64,000 bases of DNA from the NCBI GenBank assembly GCA_964199315.1, contig OZ116703.1, positions 1,178,001 to 1,242,000 of the forward strand. Direction: 5' to 3'. This DNA is from Orbicella franksi. Its lineage: Eukaryota. The translations under genes and the position numbers were made by a program. Shown one piece after another: positions 35,801-48,068 of this stretch; position 1 is the stretch's first letter; each line of letters opens with the position of its first letter. A model generated the notes under the pieces. That model was not told the DNA's origin and did no database searches. It was given only the letters and a program-made list of their open reading frames with translations.

Positions 35801-38800
35801 ATCAGTTGTTGGATCAGTTGTTGTATCAGTGGTTGGATCAGTTGTTGGATCAGTTGTTGGATCAGTTGTTGGATCAGTTGTTGTATCAGTTGTTGGATCA
35901 GTTGTTGGATCAGTTGTTGTATCAGTGGTTGGATCAGTTGTTGGATCAGTTGTTGGATCAGTGGTTGGATCAGTTGTTGTATCAGTTGTTGGATCAGTTG
36001 TTGGATCAGTGGTTGGATCAGTTGTTGTATCAGTTGTTGTATCAGTTGTTGGATCAGTTGTTGGATCAGTTGTTGGATCAGTTGTTGGATCAGTTGTTGG
36101 ATCAGTTGTTGGATCAGTGGTTGGAACAGTAGTTGGATCAGTTGTTGGATCAGTTGTTGGATCAGTTGTTGGATCAGTTGTTGGATCAGTTGTTGGATCA
36201 GTTGTTGGATCAGTTGTTGTATCAGTTGTTGGATCAGTTGTTGGATCAGTTGTTGGATCAGTTGTTGGATCAGTTGTTGGATCAGTGGTTGGATCAGTTG
36301 TAGGATCAGTTGTTGGATCAGTTGTTGGATCAGTTGTTGGATCAGTGGTTGGATCAGTGGTTGGATCAGTTGTTGGATCAGTTGTTGGATCAGTTGTTGG
36401 ATCAGTGGTTGCATCAGTGGTTGGAACAGTTCTTGGATCAGTTGTTGGATCAGTTGTTGGATCAGTTGTTAGATCAGTGGTTGGATCAGTTGTTGGATCA
36501 GTGGTTGGAACAGTTGTTGGAACAGTTGTTGGATCAATTGTTGTATCAGTGGTTGGATCAGTGGTTGGATCAGTTGTTGGATCAGTTGTTGGATCAGTTG
36601 TTGGATCAGTGGTTGGATCAGTTGTTGGATCAGTGGTTGGATCAGTTGTTGGATCAGTGGTTGGATCAGTTGTAGGATCAGTTGTAGGATCAGTTGTTGG
36701 ATCAGTTGTTGGATCAGTTGTTGGATCAGTTGTTGGATCAGTTGTTGTATCAGTTGTTGGATCAGTTGTTGGATCAGTTGTTGTATCAGTGGTTGTATCA
36801 GTTGTTGGATCAGTTGTTGGATCAGTGGTTGGATCAGTTGTTGTATCAGTTGTTGGATCAGTTGTTGGATCAGTGGTTGGATCAGTTGTTGGATCAGTTG
36901 TTGTATCAGTGGTTGGATCAGTTGTTGTATCAGTTGTTGTATCAGTTGTTGGATCAGTTGTTGGATCAGTTGTTGGATGAGTTGTTGGATGAGTTGTTGG
37001 ATGAGTTGTTGGATCAGTTGTTGAATCAGTTGTTGGATCAGTGGTTGGATCAGTGGTTGGAACAGTGGTTGGATCAGTGGTTGGATCAGTTGTTGGATCA
37101 GTTGTTGGATCAGTGGTTGGATCAGTGGTTGGAACAGTTGTTGGATCAGTGGTTGGATCAGTTCTTGTATCAGTTGTTGGATCAGTTGTTGGATCAGTTG
37201 TTGTATCAGTGGTTGGATCAGTGGTTGGATCAGTGGTTGGATCAGTTGTTGGATCAGTTGTTGGATCAGTTGTTGGATCAGTAGTTGGATCAGTTGTTGG
37301 ATCAGTTGTTGGAACAGTTGTTGGATCAGTGGTTGGATCAGTTGTTGGATCAGTTGTTGTATCAGTGGTTGGATCAGTTGTTGTATCAGTTGTTGTATCA
37401 GTTGTTGGATCAGTTGTTGGATCAGTTGTTGGATCAGTTGTTGGATCAGTGGTTGGATCAGTTGTTGGATCAGTTGTTGGATCAGTTGTTGGATCAGTTG
37501 TTGCATCAGTGGTTGGATCAGTGGTTGGAACAGTTCTTGGATCAGTTGTTGGATCAGTTGTTGGATCAGTGGTTGGATCAGTGGTTGGATCAGTGGTTGG
37601 ATCAGTTGTTGGATCAGTTGTTGGATCAGTTGTTGGATTAGTGGTTAGATCAGTTGTTGGATCAGTTGTTGGATCAGTTGTTGGATCAGTTGTTGGAACA
37701 GTTGTTGGATCAGTTGTTGTATCAGTGGTTGGATCAGTTGTTGGATCAGTTGTTGGATCAGTGGTTGGATCAGTTGTTGGATCAGTTGTTGGATCAGTTG
37801 TTGGATCAGTTGTTGGATCAGTTGTTGTATCAGTGGTTGGATCAGTGGTTGGATCAGTTGTTGGATCAGTTGTTGGATCAGTTGTTGGATCAGTTGTTGG
37901 ATCAGTTGTTGGAACAGTTGTTGGATCAGTTGTTGTATCAGTGGTTGGATCAGTGGTTGGATCAGTTGTTGGATCAGTTGTTAGATCAGTGGTTGGATCA
38001 GTGGTTGGATCAGTTGTTGGATCAGTTGTTGGATGAGTTGTTGGATGAGTTGTTGGATCAGTGGTTGGATCAGTTGTTGGATCAGTTGTTGGATCAGTTG
38101 TTGTATCAGTGGTTGGATCAGTTGTTGTATCAGTTGTTGGATCAGTTGTTGGATCAGTTGTTGGATCAGTGGTTGGATCAGTTGTTGGATCAGTTGTTGT
38201 ATCAGTTGTTGGATCAGTGGTTGTATCAGTTGTTGGATCAGTTGTTGGATCAGTTGTTGGATCAATTGTTGGATCAGTTGTTGGATCAGTTGTTGGATCA
38301 GTTGTTAGATCAGTTGTTGGATCAGTGGTTGGATCAGTTGTTGGATCAGTTGTTGGATCAGTTGTTGGATCAGTTGTATGATCAGTTGTTGGATCAGTTG
38401 TGGGATCAGTGGTTGGATCGGTTTTTGGATCAGTTGTTCTATCAGTTGTTGGATGAGTGGTTGTATCAGTTGTTGGATCAGTTGTTGGATCAGTGGTTGT
38501 ATCAGTTGTTGGATCAGTTGTATGATCAGTTGTTGGATCAGTTGTTGGATCAGTTGTTGGATGAGTTGTTGTATCAGTTGTTGGATCAGTTGTTGGATCA
38601 GTTGTTAGATGAGTTGTTGGATCAGTTGGTGGATCAGTGGTTGGATCAGTGGTTGGAACAGTTGTTGGATCAGTTGTTGGATCAGTTGTTGGATCAGTTG
38701 TTGGATCAGTTGTATGATCAGTTGTTGGATCAGTTGTTGGATCAGTTGGTGGATCAGTTGTTGGATGCGTTGTTGGATCAGTTGTTGGATCAGTTGTTGG

Positions 38801-41692
38801 ATCAGTTGTTGTATCAGTTGTTGGATCAGTTGTTGGATCAGTGGTTGGATCAGTTGTTGGATCAGTTGTAGGATCAGTTGTTGGATCAGTTGTTGGATCA
38901 GTTGTTGGATCAGTTGTTGGATCAGTTGTTGGATGAGTTGTTGGATGAGTTGTTGGATCAGTTGTTGGATCAGTTGTTGAATCAGTTGTTGGATCAGTGG
39001 TTGGATCAGTGGTTGGAACAGTGGTTGGATCAGTTGTTGGATCAGTTGTTGTATCAGTGGTTGGATCAGATGTTGGATCAGTGGTTGGAACAGTTGTTGG
39101 ATCTTTGGTTGGATCAGTGGCTAGCTCAGTTGTTGGTTCAGTGGTTGGATGAGTTGTTGGATCTGTGGTTGGGTCAGTGGTTAGGTCAGTGGTTGAATCA
39201 CTTGTTGGTTTAGTTGTGGGGTCAGTTGTTGGATGTGTGGTTAAATCAGTTGTTGGATCAATGGTTGGTTCAGTTGTTGTTTCAGGTGTTGGATATGTAG
39301 TTGGTTCAGTGGTTCGAGCAGTTATTAGATCAGTTGTGGGATCAGTTGTTTGATCAGTTGCTGGTTCAGCTGTTGGATATCCCTTGGGTGAACCTAAATA
39401 TGAATGTAGGGTGAAATTAAATTGTGTCACATCAGTAAAGTACTGTGTCTCCCTGACTGTAGAAGGCAGCTCTTTGATGCTTGAGGTGATATATCAAACT
39501 CGAGAGACTGTGTTTGACGATATTGACGAGTACGAAAATACGACGCGTAGCGGGGTATTTTTGACGACTTTCGAGGTGCTTCTTATTGTGGTCAAACACT
39601 GTCTTGAGTGTTTTATATATCCTCTCACTCGAAAATATAACTAAGGAGATAACGGAGAAATAAAATCGTCAAAAGCGATGCTAAATAAGATCAGATATCC
39701 AAACACCGTCACGGTCATGATTTCCTTTGTTTAAACTTGATGAATTTTTAACGAGCTCGAGTAGGGGTGTTCCAGATAACGTCTCGTTAGTTAACAGATT
39801 TAGAAGGATATTTGTTAGTGTTGGTTGCTGTGGCAACATTAAAAGTTTTCAATAGTATTGTATGGACGACGTTCTGCTGAAAAACTAGTTTAAGGAGGCT
39901 ATACCTTGAAGGATGAATACCACCACTGTTTAACAAGTGATGCTACAATTATGGTGTTCTACAAATTGCCAATGGCTAGTAAACTAGTTGCGGTCATCCT
40001 TTTAATTTGACAGGTGACCATAGCAACAATATTACCTGCTAAAAACACCCTCAATTTTAGCTTTAAGCGCTTATTGCTCAAAAACGAGCTCGGTGACCCC
40101 CATTTTTTATTATCGAATTGTAATAATCACGATAAGTTTAACTTAACTTTAAAAAATTCTGCGGAGTAGGTTCAGAGCCGCCTTAAATTTTCAAAAATGT
40201 AAGTTGGCTCTGAACTCACTCCACAGAGGTGCAAAAATTTGCATCTTATCATGCTTATTACAATTTGATATTAAAGAATGTGGGTCACCGAGATGGTTTT
40301 TGAGTTATAAGCGCTTAAAGCTAAGATTAAGGGTGTTTTTAGCAAGTCATATTGTTTCTATCGCAGCCTATTGTCCCACAAAATTGACAGCCACATTTTC
40401 AAGAATGATTGGGCAGTTTTTGATACCATGAATTTGGCATCAACCGATATAGAGTGGCTATAATGACCCATCAAAATCTAAGTCTTGGAAAATACTGGAA
40501 ACTCTTTCGAGCCACCTTAAATTAAGTGTTCTCTACGAGATAACAATACTTTTTGGGAGTTTCGAAGAAGCTCACTTTTGCCTTACACAGACAGGCACCA
40601 TCAATTTATGAGATGATTAGCTGATTATAGAATGCTCACATATAGTTTTGTAAGTTTTCGTATAGGCTTGACAAAAACCATATGGAAATTAGCAGCCCTC
40701 ACTGAGTACTTTTATTTATTTGCACTAAGGTCAAAATACGGTAGTTCCTTTGGTTTTCTTATGTAAACCTATTATGGCGTCACAGAGATTGAACTTTGTT
40801 TGTGGCTCCCACCAGTTGTAATCTTTGATCGTCATTATTAATTTCTCTTCTACAGAAAATAAGTTCTGATAAAAAAAAGTCTTAAATCATCATATTAACT
40901 CTTCCGGATCGTGCCGAAATTACAGGCCTTGTTTTACATCATGTACTCGCCCTATGGCCCAATCCTGTGTGGCTCCATTTTTCTTTTCTTTGCAGTTACC
41001 TAATGGTAGTCTAAACGGGCATTTTACTTAGGTGTAGCCAGGAAATGTTCTTTACTCCCATGAACCGGCATGGTATGTCTCATTCCGTTTATTTTCTTGA
41101 CTCTTTTTATCAATTTGAATTATCATTATTGTTTTTTAATTGTAAGGAGACTCCCGCAGAGAATTATGTCTGTTCTGAAAGTGACTGTTACAATGTTTCC
41201 TTAACAAAATTTTAAAACTTAAAAACTTTTAGTGCTCGTAGAAGTAAAAGGAAATCAAATGGAACGTAGCTTTTAACATGATGTTAGTATGGATCATGAT
41301 ACACAGTCCAGAAAAACAGCAAGTTCCATTCTAACAACCCTAAGTTAGGCTGTTTTTAAGTAAGTTCAAATCAAGTGTTAAGGTTAGATGACAAGAGAAG
41401 TGCTTGCTTCAATTGCCTAGTAACAAACTTAGGCAAAAATTTAGGTAGTCGAGTCGCCTTAAATCACGCTAAATCCTGCAAAATGACCCCGAAAATGTAA
41501 ATTTTAAAGCAACGATTCCATGATCTTTTTTGCCAGAAGATTAGTTATTACTTAATATTTTAATTCTGAGAGAAACTAACAGAATATTTGTGCTAAAAAC
41601 TTGAGCAGAAACAATAGAAACTTACCTTGTGTCGCGTTTAAGCTGCTCCAAAATATCCCTAGCCAGAAAAGAATGACTAAACCTTCAGCCAT
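32820..41692 (-). CDS. Mucin A: type I membrane SEA-domain mucin with TDPT repeats, about 2,092 aa (exons 41626-41692, 33482-39393, 32820-33119)
   Basis: Signal exon MAEGLVILFWLGIFWSSLNATQ-G|gtaagt (phase 1). A 5,912-bp exon holds (TDPT)n, SEA (FSTGSVIA) and TM (WAVALIVLACLALIVLIIVLTFILM|gtgagt). Tail exon RRRKR...GNDD*. Phases are consistent; total 6,279 nt. Confidence 0.88.
34010..39370 (-). repeat. 12-bp coding minisatellite (ACTGATCCAACA), about 445 units
   Basis: Directly visible; variants DTT, VPT, HPT and DLT are all in frame. Confidence 0.97.
39894..40516. mobile_element. Two adjacent, oppositely oriented TTAA-flanked MITEs (Kolobok-like, inferred): 39894-40182 and about 40203-40516
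   Basis: TTAA|GGAGGCT...AGCCGCC|TTAA; second copy ends AGCCACC|TTAA; shared internal segment aaaaacaccc..ttagctttaagcgctta in inverted orientation. Confidence 0.55.
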
Positions 41693-43629
41693 ACTTAACT
41701 CAGTCTTGAATTATGAAATCCACTTTAGTGTATGATGTTGCACTTCCCCGAGATATTGATCTTTCCTTAGGCAAACGATGAAGCGATGTAACTTTAAAAT
41801 GCGATGTCCGTCCTCGAAGAAGCGACTAGTCTTCACAAATAGTGATGATGAATCTCATGTTTTGATAACCAATTGCAACAAAGAGAAATTTAACTGTTGT
41901 TATGATGGTCAATAGCTATTCGTTAGCTCTTTATTGTTTTCAAGCAAAAACAAGTCTTTTTTATGGACAAATAACGTCACATCATTTGCATGACTCACGT
42001 CAAAATATTTTGGACGAGACCGTTGCTACAATAACGCGATGGTGTTCGAAAAACAAAAAGACGGGAAGAGATCTTTCGGAAATAATAACACATGCAAAAG
42101 ATGACTGATTTAAAGCGCTTTGAATGTTGAGCCAACGGAAATTAAATAAGCCGCAAGCGTCACTTGCAAAAAAGAAAAGACCGTTTCCTAATAACTGCAA
42201 GAAAGTAAATCTCCATATTGCGATCACTTTCATAGCACGGTTGAAATGAGTATAATTAAATAGCTCACTAATTTGAGAATGGTTTCTTGTTGTCTTCATA
42301 ACTAAGTCAAACCAAAAACAAACGTTTATGACTTTGTAAAGTATTGGAGAAATGTCATGGTGCACATCTGTTGTCTTCCCAATTTAACTTGCTATGCCTG
42401 TCATTGTGCAGGGCTCGCCATGTGGGCAGTCGCCCGAAGTTTCTTTTCAACGTCTTATTTTATACAAAAATATTTTCAACCTCAAATCGTAGTTTCTAGG
42501 CTACAGCACAGGTCTGGCGTTTTCAATTTTTTCTTGTTTTCTTGTTTTTGGACTTTTCCCTTCTGCTGCATTTTGTTAATGGTTAGAAAAAAAAGACAAA
42601 GTAAAAAACAAATTCAGTGGAATGACGGTAGAAAATCTTGCTTTATTCCTTGTACCTCTTTGCGGCTGTGTTACACTGTAGCTTAATGTTGGACATTAAG
42701 ATGGCAAATATTGTAAATTCTGCATTGCTATGCATGTGTTTTTTTTCCCGTGCCACGTTCTCTATTAAAAGCTCCTAAGATCTAAAATTTAAATTTGGTT
42801 GAGCCGTTCCTTTCTACACAGTCAATAATAGCTTCGTTAAAAATGTATATTAAATATTCATCAATGAAAAGGAGACTCAGGCTGTAAAGAACTTAAGGCT
42901 GTTGCCAGACGTTTTCTGGTGGTCTGGAACTTATGCTTTCACTGTTTCGTTCTCGTGTTTTTATCCGGTACTAACTTAATTTAACAACATAACAGCGAAT
43001 TCACCTGAAAGGATGCTTTTGAATGTAACGCATGCATGCGCGCTTACGTAAGTTTTGTTTTTGGTTTGCGAAGGAGGTTTGTTATTTCGGTTCTTATGAT
43101 ACCTGTAGCTTTCTTTTGTTCTAGAATGAATGCTCTGCAGTCATAGCTGACGAACTTTACATTGGATCCAGGTGGAACAATTCTTATCATGGGCGGGCCA
43201 ATGTCGTGTCGTCTAAATCGCAAGGACAGAAGGTCGTGACATTTGACCGTGTGCAGTACGTGAAAGTTGGTCTTGAACGTATACTTTCCGAGGTAATTTC
43301 AATAAAGTGAGAAAAATTTATGGTTGATCTGATGATCTATTTATTTCTACGCCCCTGTTGCTCTTACATAACATTGTACTTAGCTGATTCTGTAGTTTTG
43401 TCGTAAGAAGTACGTTGTCGCGTTAAAGTCAAATCCGAGGGAGGACTGTTTTCCGGAGATGAGAAAATATGGTTTACCATCTCTTACATGTTTAAATAAT
43501 TGCTTAAAAGACCCATGTTTGATAATAAATCATTCTCCTTTGTCCGTTTGGCTCGGAAGTCCACACATGGTCTTATCACTGACCTATCGTATTGTAATAG
43601 CAGGATCATGATCGAAAGTCTAGCGGTTT

Positions 43630-43665
<36 letters not shown>

Positions 43666-45385
43666 TAGACTTAATTTAAAGAGGGTAGCTCTAAAATAGT
43701 ATAAAAATACTAACAAACCAGTGGCCCTCTAAAAATTATGTACCATACGGATGCTAAAACTATGGCATAATTATGAGATAATATAACGAATAAAAATACA
43801 ATAGATAAGAGATAAAATCAATTTAAAATACAAAAAGTATAACTAAATCACAGAATAAAATGATTTAAAAGCTGCTGTTCTTCAAAAATTTTTTTCCAAA
43901 GAGAGTTCCAAAAGAATTAAGCGACGCTATTTTCCGCATTGATAGCGGTAAGCTGTTCCAGGCTTGACAGGCAGTCAGAGTAAATGTTCTTCCTCCTTCA
44001 GTTTTACGTTTGATAACAGGGCGAACAATATTGAAGTTGGCATACCTAGTCTGCCGTGAATGAGTGTCGCTAGTAAGCTTAAGTAAACTTTTAAGATAGG
44101 TTGGTACATGTCCCTGTAAACGCTTGTATATAATACAGCATTTAGTTAGTTTAACCTGTTCGAAAAATGGTATCCAGTTTAGTTTATTGAACAGTTTGAC
44201 GGAGGAGGCTTGACAATCGGCGTCTGGAATAACTCTAGCAGCCCTCTTCTGCAACTTTAGAACACGGTTAAGACAATGTTTATCACAGCTCGTCCAAACC
44301 ACATTTACATAATCAATTACCGGTCTTATCATAGTGTTATAGAAAATAAGTCGATGTTTTAGAGGTAGACAATATTTAATTCTCTTTAAAATGCCTATCC
44401 GCTGCGAGAGCTTTTTACTCAATTTCTTCATATGAGGGATAAATGTTAGTTCTTGGTCGATTTCTAGTCCCAAAAGCTTTGCAGAACGAACATTCTCCAG
44501 TTGTTTTTCATTAACAACTACAGCAAGGTCATGGTTAATTCTGGTAGAAAGTCGCTTGCCAGTAATGGTAAGCACTTTTGTCTTGCTCTCATTGAGAGGA
44601 AGTTTATTAGCTGTTGCCCATTGGTCGACCTCGGAAATTGCTGTAGTCAGTGAACTTTGTAAAACACCAACGGAATCAAAGTTAGCAGCGGAGGTTAACG
44701 TCGTGTCTTCTGCGTATAGGTCAATTTGAGCCGAGCTCACATGTAGCGGAAGATCGTTAATAAAGGCGATGAAAAGCAAGGGAACCAGAATTGAGCCTTG
44801 AGGTACACCATGACGAACACAAGCAGTAGGGAATTCTATTTTACCCATAGATACCAACTGGCGCCTTTCATTCAGATATGATCGAAACCAGATTAACGAT
44901 TTGTTGTCAAGCCCATATGCTTGAAGTTTTTGCAATAGAATCGAGTGATCAACCACGTCGAAAACCTTGCAATAATCAATTAAAATCATACCACTCACGC
45001 GATCACTGTCAAGGTTGAACAGCAGTTCGTCGATAATTCCAATAAGAGCAGTTTCTGTACTGTGACGCTTGCGAAAACCAGACTGCTTAGAATAAATTAA
45101 CTTATTGACACACAAATAACTATAAAGTGAGTCGTGTACATGCCTCTCTATTACCTTGGAAAGTACTGGCAACACTGATATCGGACGATAGTTGTTTACG
45201 TTTTCTGGATCCCCACCTTTAAATAACGGAGTGACTTTTGCAGTCTTCCAGCGCTGAGGAAAAACTGATGTGACGAAGGAATAATTAATTAATTTAGCAA
45301 CGGACGGAGCAATAATAGGAGCTGCTAATTTCAGCATTCGCGCACTGATATTATCAATACCACTGGCTTTGTTTGATTATTATCT
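43630..45385 (-). mobile_element. 5'-truncated non-LTR retrotransposon, CR1/L2 group, degenerate RT
   Basis: ORF 43865-45337 with NYRPISVL, QSGFR, GVPQGSIL and YAED (normally YADD); 3' (TTAC)n tail at 43630-43664. Confidence 0.9.
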
Positions 45386-46120
45386 TCTTCAAATGGCTCC
45401 TCTCCGCATTCTTAACTGGCTTCACCATTCTTATTGATATCAGACAGCTCGCACATTGTATTACTCCAAATTGCACGCAAATCCGTTTGACACCTGCATG
45501 GGATCTGCAGCAGCCTTCTCTAGGCGGGTAGTCTGCTCCTGAACATGGATTCAGTCACGGACGATACGAATGCTGTTGTGCGGTATTCACAACAGTGTAC
45601 CCTGTGTCACAGAGGGTGGCTGTAACACCAGCTACAGCAGTGTGTTGGGAGCCCTATAGGACATTCTCGAGTTACCTTGTACGTACTTCTGTTGCAAAAC
45701 GATTCCTCGTGCAAAACCGTTCATATGAAAATGAGTTTGATTAACATGAAAATGAACCTATTGGCGAACACATTTTCATATGAATCGTTCCGAACGAGGA
45801 TTCGTTTTGACACAGAGGCAAAAGCCAGCTTGGGAATGGCCTATTGCATAAGTTTGGACAAATGCATCAGTCAGAACAGGGTCTTAGAGCTCCAAGGTGA
45901 TAATTCAAGTTTTCAGGGGCGGCTGTACCTGTCCTTCACTGAGTAGAAAAACAGAGCTGCTGGAATTTGTATTTGTTGTGAGTATGAATGGTGTATTTTC
46001 ATTTCGTGTTGCGCTAATACAGTTCCGAGTTAGCTAGTCTTTTTTGCTTTTTTTATTACATCTACAAAACAACAAGGGATTACTTACAATGTTTACAAGG
46101 GAATACCACTTACTTAGCTC

Positions 46121-46584
46121 TTATTAACCGAGCAGGAGGTCTTTATGGGAGAATCTTGACCGAGGTCGTCTGTACAAAACGACTGAGGTCAAGATTCTCC
46201 CATACAGACAGACTTAGCTTGGTTAATAAGATGTTTATTATATGGCAAAGAAGAAAACTTTAATTCGTTTAATGTAACTGGTTTGCTGACATTTTGCTTT
46301 CGAACGGCGATGAGCTTAACTTAAACCTGCCGAAATGTGCTCGTCCTCTTTACTTTTTTTTCGGGAGCAGGCTTTTTGGCACTTCCATAAATGATTGAGA
46401 AGACAATAAAAGAAAATATTGACCATTTTTGTATTTTAGTTTGCTACTTTTTCGACGCAAAATGAAACCGGTCTAGATGTCGGTCTTGATGGGAAAATCT
46501 GGACCGCGGTCAATGTCGATTGCAGCCAATCAAATTCGTGAATTCGGTAGTTCCCAGTCCTTGTGAGACACAGCCATATAATAA
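46121..46584. mobile_element. Hairpin-ended non-autonomous element (Crypton-like, inferred)
   Basis: Palindrome TTATTAACC...GGTTAATAA at 46121-46229; far end gccatataataa shared with the 23.4-kb copy. Confidence 0.55.
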
Positions 46585-47163
46585 GCTACAACACTAACGC
46601 TTATTTGCTTATTTTATTTAGTTGAGCCCGTACGACCTATTGCAGATCCGAAACTTTGGTGTCTCAGCTTAATATATACAAAACAATAAGAATTATACTC
46701 TTTACGCTAACAAAAACAATTTCTCTGAAAGATGCTTACTTGAAAATGAAAGCCAAACCTTGTTAGCGTTCTGTTCACCTTCAATGTAAGGTGTGTACAT
46801 ACAATATAATATAAGATTATTAGTACTAGAACAACTAGCGCTGTGGTAAATGTTTAACTGAGTTAATAAACGTGCAAATCACAGATTTGACCTAAACTTC
46901 GCCAATCATCCTACAATGATATACTAAGCTAGGAACATCTGATTTTTGATTTTCTGCGTCTTCCAACATGAACGGTTACTTCCTGAATTCTGAAAAATAG
47001 AAGATATATATGAGTTTCATTCAGACAGCTTGACTGACGCGCTCGCTTTTTGAGCTTGATTAGCACAGCAAAATATCCTGATCCTCCTAGTTGCTCACAA
47101 ATCAACTTTCCGCTGACTTTGTGGGCGGTAAATTAATTTAGCTAGACGCAAACATACTATCTC

Positions 47164-48026
47164 CACCTTGGGCACGCCACCTTGTTGTGGTGATAGGGTT
47201 TGAGTGTCTCGGTGGTCCCAAGACCTATGCCGGCTAGAACATCAGTCCCTGGCAGATTCAACCATGCCAGATTGGTCTCGGAGGAGAGACCCTACAAAGG
47301 ACCGTCCCTGATCGTCCAGGGTTGGGCGGGGAGCCAATCACCCCACCCTGTAAAAAAAACTAATTTCTTACAGAAATTTCTTCGAGATCGCAACAACAAC
47401 CCATGCCTGAGCAACAGGGAGATGCCTAGGCATACATGACGCCTGTATGTGAAAGCCTTCCAGAAGCTTCCAGGCCAAAACCTGCACTAAGCCCAAACAA
47501 GCACTTAAGATGGGTTGTAGGAATGGTCGAGCCAAACAAATCAGCGCTGATGGCACGTGAGATGGTACAACACAAGGTGGAATGGAAGTGGCAGGATCAC
47601 CCTCAGTAGCGGACAAACCATCTTTTATGCAGGTCGCGAAGACCAACACCAGGAAGTAGTGGCTCTATATATGCTGGATAAAGTGACTTGCAGCAGGGCA
47701 CAATGCCCGTAAGCGCATAAGGGAGAAAAGCAACCAAGAAGACATCACGATAGACCTAGCTAGAAGAAGGTGGAATTGGATAGGCCATGTCTTGAGTAAG
47801 CCTGCAAACAACATCATCAAAGAAGCCTTGCACTGGACACCAACAGGAACACGCAAACGCGGGCGGCCCAGGCTGAAGTGGCGATGGCGTCAGCTGAAAA
47901 AGAATTTTGGGAAAGAGAGAGCCTAACCTAGGGTGAGGCTGCAAAGACCACCCAGGACAGGGAACATTAGAGTGATCTCGTGGGGGCCTTATGCGCCACA
48001 TGGCGCGAAGAGGCCAAAGTAAGTAA
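47164..48026 (+). mobile_element. Internally deleted RTE-clade retrotransposon
   Basis: RTE-like 5' leader (cacgccaccttgttgtggtga); C-terminal motifs RRRWNWIGHV, ALHWTP and KRGRPR; (AAGT)n tail; ends about 40 bp past the mucin B stop, antisense to it. Confidence 0.8.
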
Positions 48027-48068
48027 CTAACACATGCGATAGCTTCGTTTTCTATGCCTAATAACTGT

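Noticed and set aside
33916-39353. VVGS, LDQL, IQQL and ISCW repeat ORFs (leucine-zipper or Cys/Trp-like)
   Set aside because: Alternative-frame products of the 12-bp repeat; only the TDPT frame connects to signal, SEA and TM.
39394-39640. Longer 5' extension of the mucin A large exon
   Set aside because: The Ser/Thr-rich frame continues upstream but contains a TGA, and the upstream acceptor has the wrong phase; possibly a decayed extension.
43865-45337. Functional reverse transcriptase or domesticated gene
   Set aside because: 5'-truncated, YAED instead of YADD, other motif substitutions and a terminal frameshift.
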